Assembly: GCF_006345805.1 (NCBI RefSeq) | Contig: NC_043002.1 | Span: 101,184,001 to 101,248,000 of the forward strand | Reading direction: 5' to 3' | Length of the DNA stretch: 64,000 nt | From: Octopus sinensis | Lineage: Eukaryota | Translations under genes and position numbers: made by a program | Shown here: positions 52,545 through 64,000 of the stretch, piece after piece | Position numbering within the stretch: position 1 is the first letter of the stretch | Layout: each line of letters begins with the position of its first letter | The notes under the pieces: model-generated | What the model was told of the DNA's origin: nothing | Databases searched by the model: none | What the model saw: the letters and a program-made list of their open reading frames with translations, nothing else

Positions 52545-53420
52545 TGCGTCACCCAGAGTGCATTTGGTTTGTCGTTTGTGTCGGGCGTTGGGCTTCGTTG
52601 CTGCTTTGAGGGTAGAGACAATATACTCAGACTTTATCGGTTCTGAGTTGTCTTTAACAGAGAAGGAGCTGGTAAAGGCGGTCATAAAGATGGACGGAGT
52701 GTTGAAGAAGACAAGGAGTTTTGCTGAGGTCACGGAGATGAAGCGAAGGGAGTTGGACTTGGCTGGTCTGAAGGAGTATGAAAAGATGGTACAGAAGGTG
52801 GGAAGGGACGTGAGGATGTCGCCCCCAAAGGAATTATGGAGCGGATGGAGAGAAAAACGCACACCTATAAGATGTTCTCGTTAAAAGGTAAAAGGCCGAG
52901 CAGGTGGAAGCTGAAACGGAAAAGGCGCTAAGGGAGAAGTCGAAAAAAATAATATACATAACTAAAGGAAGGAGATATGCGACAATGGTCGTCGAACTTA
53001 GGACAGTAGAGGAGGTGAGGAGGCTGGCGAGTGTGGCGGTGAAAACAGAGGAAGTAGTGCTTCTGCCTGCATACCTTGGGAGAAAGACTTCCAAGGTGAG
53101 GGTAGAAGCAATTCCACCGGCTTGGTTTGCGGCAGCTGTCCTTGTTGGAAGCGAGGAGAAGGTGGCTGTCCTCAAGCCACAGAAACAGAAGGAGGAGGGT
53201 GGAAAGGAAGGACACTTCAACTAAATATTCAGGCGGAAGAGGGTCACCTGGAAAACTTGGCAGAGACAGTGACGTTGGAGGAAATCGTGCTGAGGGTGTG
53301 GGTAGAGGGCAGAGTTCCAAAAGAGCCACATTAGAGCATACTGCCCTCTACAGAGGACAATGGTTGAGGATACAGTTGTAGAGACAGAAGAGAAAAGAGG
53401 AAGAAAAGACAGACGGAGGA
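52545..53420 (+). mobile_element. Decayed LINE ORF1 (Tx1-like)
   Basis: KKIIYITKGRRYATMVVELRTVEEVRRLASVAVKTEEVVLLPAYLGRKTSKVRV; homologous to 25877-26077. Confidence 0.5.
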
Positions 53421-55335
53421 AAAGAGAAAAAGGAGGAATAATGGAAAGTTACAGAGAGCAGAAGGAGAGAGAGGAAAAAAAGAAAAGACACTGAGTATGA
53501 TGTGGTACCCCAATCCGACTCCATCCCACCCAATACCACTCAGACCCACCCTTCCCATACAGACACCAAATCCACCCACCCCATTTCCACACAAGAAAAA
53601 GACAGAACAGATATCACAAAATTTAGAAAACCCCTTTCCCGGTGAAAAAGATTACGAATGCATGGCGGAGAGAATGCTGTCACTAAGAATAAAACATATC
53701 TTAGACTCAATAAGTTTTAAAACTAACGACTGATTTACCTTCAGGGAATATAAGTATTTCTGTTACTAATTTGTTTCATAATATTGGTATTTAACTATTC
53801 CTTATCCAAACCTTCACGCAAAAATGGATTAGTTTAACGTAGAATTATATTTCAATTAGGAATTTTGATATAAAATTATTCTCGCATTCTTTCTTCCCAT
53901 AACGTTCTATATTTAAGGAACAACGATGCCTAGATTTGGGACGTTATGAGCTTGTAGGTCTTCATACATCACGTTTAATACGGAAAGATGGTTACTGTAT
54001 TCGTAGTATCAATCAAGACGACAACCCCATTATAACATACTGTGAATGTCCAAGTTTTATATGGTTTTAGTAAAAATATTTTGACTTCTTTAAAAATCTG
54101 CACCTAAAAATTATTTTTGTTACAAAATTACGCATTACCAATTTCTTAGATATTAACTTAAATGACAAAAAAAACAGCAAAAAAAAAAATGAACAAGTCA
54201 ACAATAAATACTACCCATTTAAGAAGCCAAAGGAAAATTTAGAGTACATAAGTACCACTTCAAGCCGACTGGCTGCCATTATAAATAATTTAGTGTAAAA
54301 TGCCTGCATGCGGTTATCCAATGTTTCATCTAATACGTCTTTCTTCAACAAAGCATCCCTTTTATTACATTAAAGAGTTAAAACGCAGTGGTTTTAAGGA
54401 TAAGATTAATTACATAAATAATAATAACATTAATTCTTTGACATAGAAAAATAAAGAACGTAAGATTATTTGGTTTAATGCTTCATTTAGCCTTAATGTG
54501 CATGCAAATATCGCTAAACATTTATTTTATGTATTAGATATTTTCCGAAAAACCGTAGATATTATAAGATTTTTATAGGAATGATGTTAAATTAGGTTTC
54601 AGTTGTGCACAAAATTTTGATAGAGAAATAGCAAATATTAATATTAAAATATCTTGGACAGCTATCTACATCTATTTCTTCCCGTTTGTGCTATTGTTTT
54701 AACTGCGTAAAAATGTCCATTAATTTATGCCTTTCGAAATCTTCTGTTTGTTATGCGAAAGAATTTACAGTTAATGAGATTAAGTTTAGGAAGATGATAT
54801 CGCGGTGGACTGAAAATTATTTTTAAGCAAAGATTTAATAATCATAAACATGCTTTCAGAAATCTCGAAAGATGTTCTTCAACAAATTTCCCTGAATATA
54901 TCTAGTTTAAAAAATAGCAATATCAGAATTGTTAAAATCAGTTAGAAGTTATTAAACTGCACCAAATCATATAGTCAGGAAAATCACGAATGTTGTCTTC
55001 GTATTTATGAAAGAAATGCAAAAATATTGATTTGTAAAAGTTCTAACAAAAGGAATATTTTTGTTGCCACAAATCGAAAGTTTAGTGAAATATCGCGAAA
55101 TGCGTTACGGTTCAACAGCGTATAGCTATATAAATCCAGTGGCCTTATTTTGCTAATGTACAACATATATTCAGCGATTAATTTTTCATATAAAAATGTG
55201 TTGTCACGTGATTACACACAGAAACATACTTTAAAAAAAATTCAAATAAACGCATGACACTTAATATAGCAAAAAGATTTATAGATTATTAGAATAACAA
55301 TTGTGAAAACAAAAACAAAACAATTAACTAATAAA

Positions 55336-57150
55336 TCCTAATATAATGGGCGTTATGACCGTCTGTCTTTCTGAACCTTCCTTATGGGAAAACGGCTGGA
55401 CAAATAGTCACGATGCTTTTCAGGATTATCAAGGAGGTAATCAGGCAGGTTATTAGCGAAAATATTTTGGAAAGGTATGATTATTTAATGGCTATTGAGG
55501 GTAATTGTCCAGTTTACGGACGTACAAAAAGGGAATAAAATTTGCGGTGGTAAAAAAATAGATGAAAATTAGGGGAAGATAACTCCTAATAAAAGAAACA
55601 AAAGAAAGTCAACCTACTTCTGCATTGAATTACGGCAAATAAGAAAGTTCTAGTTTAGGATAATTTTATTAATGAATGATTGTGATGGCTTTGGCTCGTC
55701 TTGAATCGGTGTATGACTACTACGAACTTTGTTAATAACGATTGAATGCAAAAAGCTGTTTAATGCTTTATTAAATTTTCCTTCGTTCCACGCCATTATG
55801 ACCTGGAAGCAGAAATGAGGAACTGGTAAGACTACCAGGAAAGCTGCCGCTATAAAAAGTAAGAGACAATCTAACAGTGAATATAGACAAGCTCAACAGA
55901 ATAAAGATATGGAAACTCATAGAATTTGCCGTGATACAGAAGTGAGAGCGCCGGAACAGAGCAGAGATATGCTAGCTCGCCAAATAAGACGGAGAAACCC
56001 TCGTGAGAGTTCGGAATAGAGCAGGAACTTAGCTCGCCAAGTAATACGCAAAGAGCCTCAAGTGAGAGCTTCAAAACAGATAAACATAAAGCCAATCTAG
56101 GACACCGAATATCAAGACAAGTGCAGTTTCCTATAAAACTGGCTTTTTTATTCACAGCAACAGGGCACAGGTCTAGACTTTAGATCGTGTAAGTGTATTT
56201 TTACCGACTCCGATGTTTACATATGTTGCTATGAGTAGAGTAATGGACTTCAGTAATTTGTTAGATTAGTGTCGACCACGCACAAAAATCTCGTCTACAA
56301 AGAAGTTTTGTAATCATATTGATATTAAAATCCATTTACACATTTTCCAATACATACTGCTGTTATGACATCCCTCCTTCATCTTATGCCTCAATCGCAG
56401 ATGGGTAGATTTGCTAGTCAAATTCATTGAATACTTCTAAAACTAAGAATATTCTCCTTGAAATGAGTGAAATTGTAAACTTATAGTACTGATGAATATC
56501 CACAAACGTTTAATAAGACCTTACGTATTTTTGAGACTATAGTTCGCTTCACCTACCAAACTTAGTTCAGGTGAACACTAGATCACTGCTACAACATCTA
56601 TTTATTGTAACACCCATACCTCCTAAAAAAGACTTTATGCGATCAGCTTGTTGATTCTATCAGTTTCACTTCGAAACGGCAGTAAAGAAGGAACCTGATG
56701 AAACTGTACCAACAATGACACTAGGATTCCTATCTAATATGGTGCAGTCGCTGCAGTTGAAACGCGCGTAGGTCCAGAAGAGAATGCTGTAAATAACTGT
56801 TTAATAAAATTATAGATGTGGAAACTCTCTGTTATTCTTATCATTATTTAATACTATTTGATACTATTGTAGAGAAATTACTTTCCTCTGGCGTAGTGGT
56901 CTTACATCTATGTGTGATATGGCTAGTGTGCGTATTGCCTCGCGCGTAGATGGACGACTCACCACTGCAAAAGAAAAAAGAAAGCGTGTCTTTTTTGCAG
57001 TCAGCAGAAGACATCAACGCCACGACCGTTAACGAAAAATTTCTACGACCGTTGGCGAGCAAAACTCTATTCCAGTCAGTCAGCCAGCCTTTAGCAGAAT
57101 ACTCGGACAAGAGTACAGCTATTTTCCGTGGGATTTCGGACGGACACTAC
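55336..57150 (+). mobile_element. Internally deleted Helitron with PIF1-helicase C-terminal remnant
   Basis: A|TCCTAATATAAT start. 56124-56313 translates with frameshifts to QFPIKLAF..NRAQV*TLDRVSVFLPTPMF-YVAMSRV...KNLVYKEVL*. The 3' boundary is uncertain. Confidence 0.7.
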
Positions 57151-59940
57151 CCCTGACAGCATTACTTCAACATGAACAGCTGTGTTATTTCACCGACTTA
57201 AAGGTTATTCTCTCTGGACAGAGCCTGCCTGTTTAAACTTCTTGCTACCTTTATTATGGTATGCTTTTACCCATTTATGTAACAGTAGGTCTAATGGCCT
57301 TCCTTGACTCTTACATACCACACTTTTCTACTCTCATTGCAACCCAAATAAATTATGATGCTTCTTCTAATATAGCCTTCTGATGTATTTTCTCAATGCC
57401 TCACAGATGCAACTCTATCATTGACTTTCCACATTGTGTATCGTTTTGGTAACATGCTAAAATTGGCAACAGTTTACTCAAGTTACATTTGAACACAGAC
57501 ACATCACTGTTACACTATTACTTATTCTCCGGAAACTATACAGTTCCGAATGGGATACTGGGATTTACTCAGCGAGAATAATTACCAGAATCTAGCGACT
57601 TATTATTAACTCGGGTATCACTAAAAGGCCGTTGTGATTAGCCGGCGTATGAACCCGATTTAAGGGAAACACGGTAATCAACAGGATTTTATATAACCCT
57701 TTAACCTCAGTTTTGGATATATATTATTTATTTATTTATATATGTCTTCACATGCATACTTATACATATACAAAATATAAAGTTACACATACAGAGACAC
57801 ACACGCTCGAGTTCCTACACACAGACATATCGTTTTATCTCAGAGAATCAGTGACTACAGATGGGCAGGGAAGAGACTTAACACATCGACGAAGTCACTG
57901 GTTGCAATATATTGTTGGGTGAAATCGTGTTATTCAAGTGAAATAGCCTTATGTTAGTACACGTAGAGGAATTTCTCTCTAAATAATGCTCAAAAATATC
58001 TGTAGAGCATAGAAAATATACCTTGCATTATTTGATGTACGTTCCGAGTTCAAATCTCGTCCGAGTACGCTTTACCTTTCCTTTTTTCGGAGATCGATAA
58101 AATGAATACTACGCCCTATGTAATTAGTTCTGCTATACAAGGCACCACCTCAATAAGGTCAGAATCCAATAACCGAAACCAGTAAAAGAAGAGAAGAATT
58201 AAATAATAGTTTGACAGAAGTACAACTTTAAAGAAACTACACACTCACCGAACAACAACAACAACAACAACAAATACATTTGCACAACAACAGTTAGTCA
58301 GAGTCACGTCATTGATAGAATTTCGAAAGAAAGCAAACAATATATACGGAAGTATTAAGATTCGATATTGGTGAAAACTGTCAGAATATCTCTAATATAA
58401 TAAAATATGAAAATGTAAACTCATAAAACAACGCAAGCCTACTTGGCAGACTTTAAAGATGTTATAGCATGGCGTGGAAGACACGGTGATTGTACAAAAA
58501 TAGCCACATTTATTGATATTGACAAGCTAAAATGAAAACGACTGCCACTAAAATTGCAAATAGGTGACCTAGCATATCTTTATGATAATCGGTAAATCAT
58601 AACTTCTATCACAGCAATAAATATCAACGAATCTCAAAGTGCTGTACGCCATCGCCAGTCGTCGTCGTCGTCGCCGTAGTCATAGCTGTTGTCTTTTATA
58701 TCAGCCGAAAAGTAAAACTCTATGTTACATACTCAGCCAATCTGTCAAACATAACTGACTCTATCTAGAAACCATCATAAAGTTAAAATAGGATATTGGC
58801 AAAAGCAGACGATCTGTTTGGATAACGTGGCTGTCAAGAAATGTCAAAGGGCAAAGGCATCCTTGACACTAGACATAAAAAGCACAACTAACAATCTTTC
58901 ATATGGCAACATTTTTGAATATGTTACTGTTGAACCTTCTTGTTCGATATTGTCTGTAATCATATTACTAAACGGATGGATGGATTCTTTTCATATATTC
59001 CAATGAAATTTGAATCAGAAAAATCATGATTATCTGCCCATTTAGTTATATTTGCTAACGTACCATGCGTAGACATTGATTTTACATCAATCAGATTAGT
59101 AAAGAATTGCTGTGTTATTATTTTTTTTATTTTGTTCGTTCCTGGCAATCTAGCGGTCTTTTAGTTGTAATTGCGTGTGCTGTACATGAGAAACAAAAGA
59201 AGAAGAAAAAAAGAAGAAACTAATAACAAGAAAATCTTGAAAGTCTCATAGTTGGACGGTTGAATGATTGAATAGTTAGATGTCTGCTTTGTTTAGTTAA
59301 GGCAGGCTGAAACTATAGATACATATGTAAATAGATAAGTATAAACACTGCTCTATGTAGAGTATGAATTCACTTGAAAGAAAGAAAAGTGTAGACGATC
59401 TTATCGGCTTCAGACAATAAGGATGCCTCTAATGAACCAACGGAGAAGAATATTTGCGACTGGTCGACGTGCCAGAGATAACAGCCAAATCTCCCTCAGA
59501 TGATGCCCTAAAGTTTTTCAAAAGGAGACATACACTAGATAGTGTTCTAACCACAGTATATACAACAAAAAGAGGACAAAAACATACGTAAAACTAAAAA
59601 AAAACAAGTGATCACAGTTATAAGTGTGCTAAATAACAGCTGACCTGGTGTTAAATAGTAACAGCCATACGTATTTGCAAAATTATCATGGAATAAGACA
59701 GACAGACTTTCTATCTTAGCTTCAAATTTGGTACAGCACAAGAAATTTCAGAGAAGGTCGATTAGATTGACTCCCTGTTCTCAATTTGTACCTATTTTAT
59801 CGAACCAGAGATGATGAAAAGCAAAGTAAACCTCGACAAAATTTGAAATCAGAATGTAAAGACGGATTGAAACACCGCTAAGCATGTTATCCGATCTACT
59901 GACGATTCTGCCAGCCCGTCGCCTACACAGCAATTCCATA

Positions 59941-60339
59941 TCTTTATATATATATAAAAGTGAGGTTTGTGCTGTCTGTCTCCTACGATTTAGATTCCTA
60001 ACTACTCCCACATTTTGCGGTGCAGTTTAACCAAAACCGGGTATCTTATAGTCGTGATTCATATCGAGCCCTTCTGGGTATTAGCACGCGTCTACGATGA
60101 GTCTACGATTAAAAAAAAATTTACCATCAATTTTTCCCATTTTTAATGCATTTTTGGCATATATAAGGGAAGTAACTCTCTAAAAATTTATTATTAAATC
60201 TCAGAACGTAAAAAGCTACAGTAACACCACCCCCTTTGTGGTTAGCCATATTGAGATGGCTATTATACTTTACATCTCTAAAAATGCTTATATAGTTATT
60301 TCCCTTACAAACCCGAGCAACGCCAGGCGATACTGCTAG
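59941..60339 (+). mobile_element. Non-autonomous Helitron (short)
   Basis: A|TCTTTATATATATATAAAAG start; CCCGAGCAACGCCAGGCGATACTG-CTAG|T end; homolog of 3431-3823. Confidence 0.88.
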
Positions 60340-60749
60340 TTACAATACAAAAATAAACATATAAAATCACTCTTTTTGCCATAGAAACCACATCTTTATA
60401 GCTTGCGAATTTTAACCATCGCGAGTCTCATCCTCACCACGCATTTAGTATCCCTGCCAATTTTCAGCTCTATCCTAGCCTCGGTTTGGCCGCAATTGAC
60501 CGTCAAATCAAAATGTGCATACAATTTTCGTCCAAGGACTGTTTTATAGATATAGATTTGTTTTCAGTATAAAAATGTCAGCGAATTTATAATCGTTACT
60601 AAAAATTTTTTAGCATTGAAATATAAAGTTTTGCGTGCCTTATATTACGGCATAACAAAAGGAAACTTAAGAATGAAAGAAAACATATGCTTCTACAATA
60701 TTCGTTTCTACTCTAGGTACAAGGCCTGAATTTTTTGGGGAGGAGGCCT

Positions 60750-60899
60750 GTCGATTAGACCGACCCCAGTAGGAAACTGGTACTTAATTTATTGACCGCG
60801 AAAGGATGAAAAACAAAGTTGACCTCGGCGGTATTTGAACTCTGAACATAAAGACAGACGAAATACCGCTGAGCCCTTCGCCTAACTGCCACCTTGTCG
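60750..60899 (-). mobile_element. SINE family A, diverged
   Basis: AAAGTTGACCTCGGCGGTATTTGAACTC. Confidence 0.75.
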
Positions 60900-60995
60900 C
60901 CTTTTGATTCTACAATATTGAAACAGAGAACATATATTTTATATATTTTGAATATTAACATAGATACAATATAATGCATATATGCGTGTCTACCT

Positions 60996-61803
60996 GAACG
61001 CCACGCATCCATTTCCAAGTAAGTTTTATCTTAATAATTTCGATGCGACACTTTCTATCTCTTTCTTTTTCTCTTTCCTCTTCTCTTTCGTTTCCTCTCT
61101 CTTCTTTTCTCCGATTCTTTATATTTCACTTTCTCTCCGTTTCGTTCTTTTCATTCATCCCTTCTCCAATCCTTTTCCTCTCCCCTTCACCGTTCTCTGG
61201 CTGTACCTCTCTCTTCTTCACTCTCCCGTCTTTGGTCTCTCGTTACTCGCACATTACCATCGGCCATCTTTCTTTTCCTAACTTGAATTTCTTTCTTTCT
61301 TTCTTTCTGATCAACCGCAGGGATAAGACGCATTCTCGTCTGTCTCCTGTCAGAGCTTGTTCCTCCGCGTTCACCAACTCGCCTCGTTCAGGCTTAACAG
61401 TGCTTCCTGTTTGTTTTCACTGTCCTGCTTTGGTTACCAACTTTGACCCTCCGCAAAATCTCAAATTTTATTTAATTTGCTTTGCGGGAGCAACTATTTA
61501 TTCGAAAACGTATCTTGTGGTGAATTTCTCGAAATACGAAGTAGAAAAACAGCCGAAAACTGATGAAGGGTCGTTTTTATGTTGCTTGTCTTGTTTTCCA
61601 TTTGTTTCTTTCGTTGTTCGCAAAAATGTCCATATTCCATGTTTTCGTATTCCGTATTTCACGTTGTTTACGTACAGTGGTGTCCTGTGCTCATATATGT
61701 ATGTGTATATACATATATATGTAAGTAGGTACATATAAGTATGTATATATGCATGTATATTTATATATTGATTGAACGCCACAAATCTATTTCCAAGTGT
61801 GTT

Positions 61804-61808
<5 letters not shown>
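60996..61808 (+). mobile_element. Non-coding repeat element with short direct terminal repeat
   Basis: GAACGCCAC..ATTTCCAAGT..GTTTTATC at 60996 and 61774; the same start recurs at ~41800. Confidence 0.45.
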
Positions 61809-61851
<43 letters not shown>

Positions 61852-61974
61852 GTATGTATATATATATGAACACACGAGTAAGCACAATTAATGCAAAACA
61901 AGGTAGAAAAAATAATAATAGTATTGCAATACTGAAGGTATTGTGATATGCATTGCAAAAATATCACAACAGAT

Positions 61975-62011
61975 TGTGATTCAGAGTTTCACGTTTGCGT
62001 TCGTCGGACAG
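61975..62011 (-). ncRNA. Hammerhead-like motif with CCGACGA core
   Basis: Minus strand CTGT-CCGACGA-ACG caaa CGT-GAAA-CTCTGAA-TC-ACA. Confidence 0.5.
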
Positions 62012-62326
62012 TTGTGAGCAAGCCTGGAATAAAATTGTGATGGTACATGTAATATATGATTTGATAGAATCCAATTTATAATGATTTGTATTTACGTGCT
62101 ATGCCGTTATGCAACCATTAATATTCTATGAAGTATATTCAATGTTTTTATAAGTCAACACCACGTCTTCTATTGCATTAGCAGTGCACTTTACATAATT
62201 TTCTTAAGGTTATTCCCACAGGTCTACTATACAAATTATAGCCAGCACTTATTTTTGCTACGTCGTTTTGTATACGAGACGTCAAATATAAACAAATAAC
62301 GAAATCAGAGATGAAAACTGGGCAAT

Positions 62327-62652
62327 GGACGTAGATGCCATATTTCGTAGTGGTTTTGTCTCCTTCATCAGTCCCCATTTAACCCATTAATCACCCTCGA
62401 ACACATTGCTTAAATAGCCACCATACATAGCGGTGACAAGATATTGGATATACCAATTGACATATTAAACGCATTCCTGGAAGTTGGTACGTAAAACTAA
62501 AGATTGAGAGGTACGTAGTGTTTCGTTATGCAACCATTATATATCATAAAGAGGTCTATGACATGTTTTTATAAATCAACGCGTTCATGGATGATGACTT
62601 AGATGGGTACTTATGAAGAGACAAAACCCCACGAAATATGGCATATATGCCC
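62327..62652. ncRNA. Inverted pair of hammerhead-like motifs (62327-62376 minus; 62605-62652 plus)
   Basis: Plus copy GGGTA-CTTATGA-..-GAAA-TATG g CATA-TA-TGCCC; the minus copy has an intact CTGATGA. Confidence 0.5.
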
Positions 62653-63199
62653 ATTACCCACTTTTCATCTTCGATTTCATTGTTTGTTGATGTCTGGCGT
62701 CTAGAATCTGAAACAATTTTAGCCAGCAAAGACCAGTGCTGTCTGCACTTTCTATAGAAGATTTGTAGAAATAACCTCAGGAAAAACATGAAGAAAATCC
62801 ACTTTGACGAATAAACATTTCAGTTTCATTCCTTTACTGGTTTCAGTCATTTTACGGCGGTCATGTTGGAGCACCGCCCTTTAGTCGAGCAAATCGACCC
62901 ATCAGGACTTATTCTTTGTAAGCCTAGTACTTATTCTATCGGCCTTTTTGCAGAATCGATCAATGCACACCGTTCATTGCTGTGTGTCACAAGGTCTGCA
63001 AATCTAACAGAAACCTCTAAAGACATTTTAAGATCCACGAAGATCAGAACTTAATTGCTGCTCATAGTGGTCCAAATCAGATCTGCAATCTATGTGATTG
63101 TCTTTTCAATACATTTGTCTGGTTTAAAATCCACAGCTGACGTCATGTTGGATGCAAGGTGTAAATACAAGAGGTGGTCAGAGTCTGCATAAGGAGTAG

Positions 63200-63211
63200 A
63201 CGACCACCTTA

Positions 63212-63292
<81 letters not shown>

Positions 63293-63406
63293 GCCTGCCT
63301 GCATATCTGTCTCTTTATCTATCTACCTATCTGTCTGTTTATCTATCTATCTATCTATCTGTCTGTCTGTCTATTATCCTTCTATCTATCTGTCTGTCTA
63401 TTATCC

Positions 63407-63470
<64 letters not shown>

Positions 63471-63576
63471 GTCTATTTATCTATCTATCTGTCTATCTAT
63501 CTATCTACCTATCTATCTGTCTGTCTATTTATCTATCTACCTATCTGTCTGTTTATCTATCTACCTATCTGTCTGT

Positions 63577-63630
<54 letters not shown>

Positions 63631-63650
63631 GTCTGTCTGTCTGTCTGTCT

Positions 63651-63690
<40 letters not shown>

Positions 63691-63700
63691 TCTATCTGTA
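63200..63700. repeat. Long (TATC)n/(TGTC)n array
   Basis: Direct repeat. Confidence 0.98.
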
Positions 63701-64000
63701 TATGTATCTAACATTGTATAAGTGCATATATTTACAGGAACATCAACTCAATATAAATATATATTTTCTGTTCTAATAAAAATAGAATATTTATTTATAG
63801 CAATGTAGTATAAATATATATTTCCTTACCTTACAATAATAAAAATAGTATATATGTTTGTCGCTATGAAATAAAAGAACAGATATTTTCTATATTACAA
63901 TAAAATTGTATATATGGTTACAGCATTGCAATATACACAAGATATATATTTTCTATATTACTGTATTGATTTCTAAATTATGAACAAGCGCTCACATTCC

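Noticed and set aside
58818-59148. Possible host exon ORFs
   Set aside because: Short, no recognisable domain, and no convincing splice sites

Overview
Repeat-saturated, AT-rich animal genomic DNA, most likely a coleoid cephalopod (Octopus-like), judged from the SINE families and the microsatellite load. It reads as intron or intergenic sequence, and I recognise no host protein-coding exon. Many ORFs in the supplied track, including most of the longest, are microsatellite translations. Recognisable content: three tRNA-headed SINE families; decayed non-LTR retrotransposon fragments (Tx1/L1-like, RTE, R4/Dong, a HERO-like RLE element, several Penelope-like elements); a mariner transposase remnant; and Helitrons (two short non-autonomous copies with exact A|T target sites, plus one internally deleted copy with a PIF1 helicase C-terminus). 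The most notable signals are: (i) about eight hammerhead-ribozyme-shaped motifs in Penelope-type terminal repeats, one with an intact core on a long stem II, and one family that conserves a non-canonical CCGANGA core; (ii) several fold-back hairpins of 0.1-0.5 kb, apparently made locally; (iii) R4/Dong copies stacked at (TACA)n tracts; (iv) an LTR-like CCAAT/CRE/TATA promoter array. All family assignments come from motif recognition by eye, not database searches.
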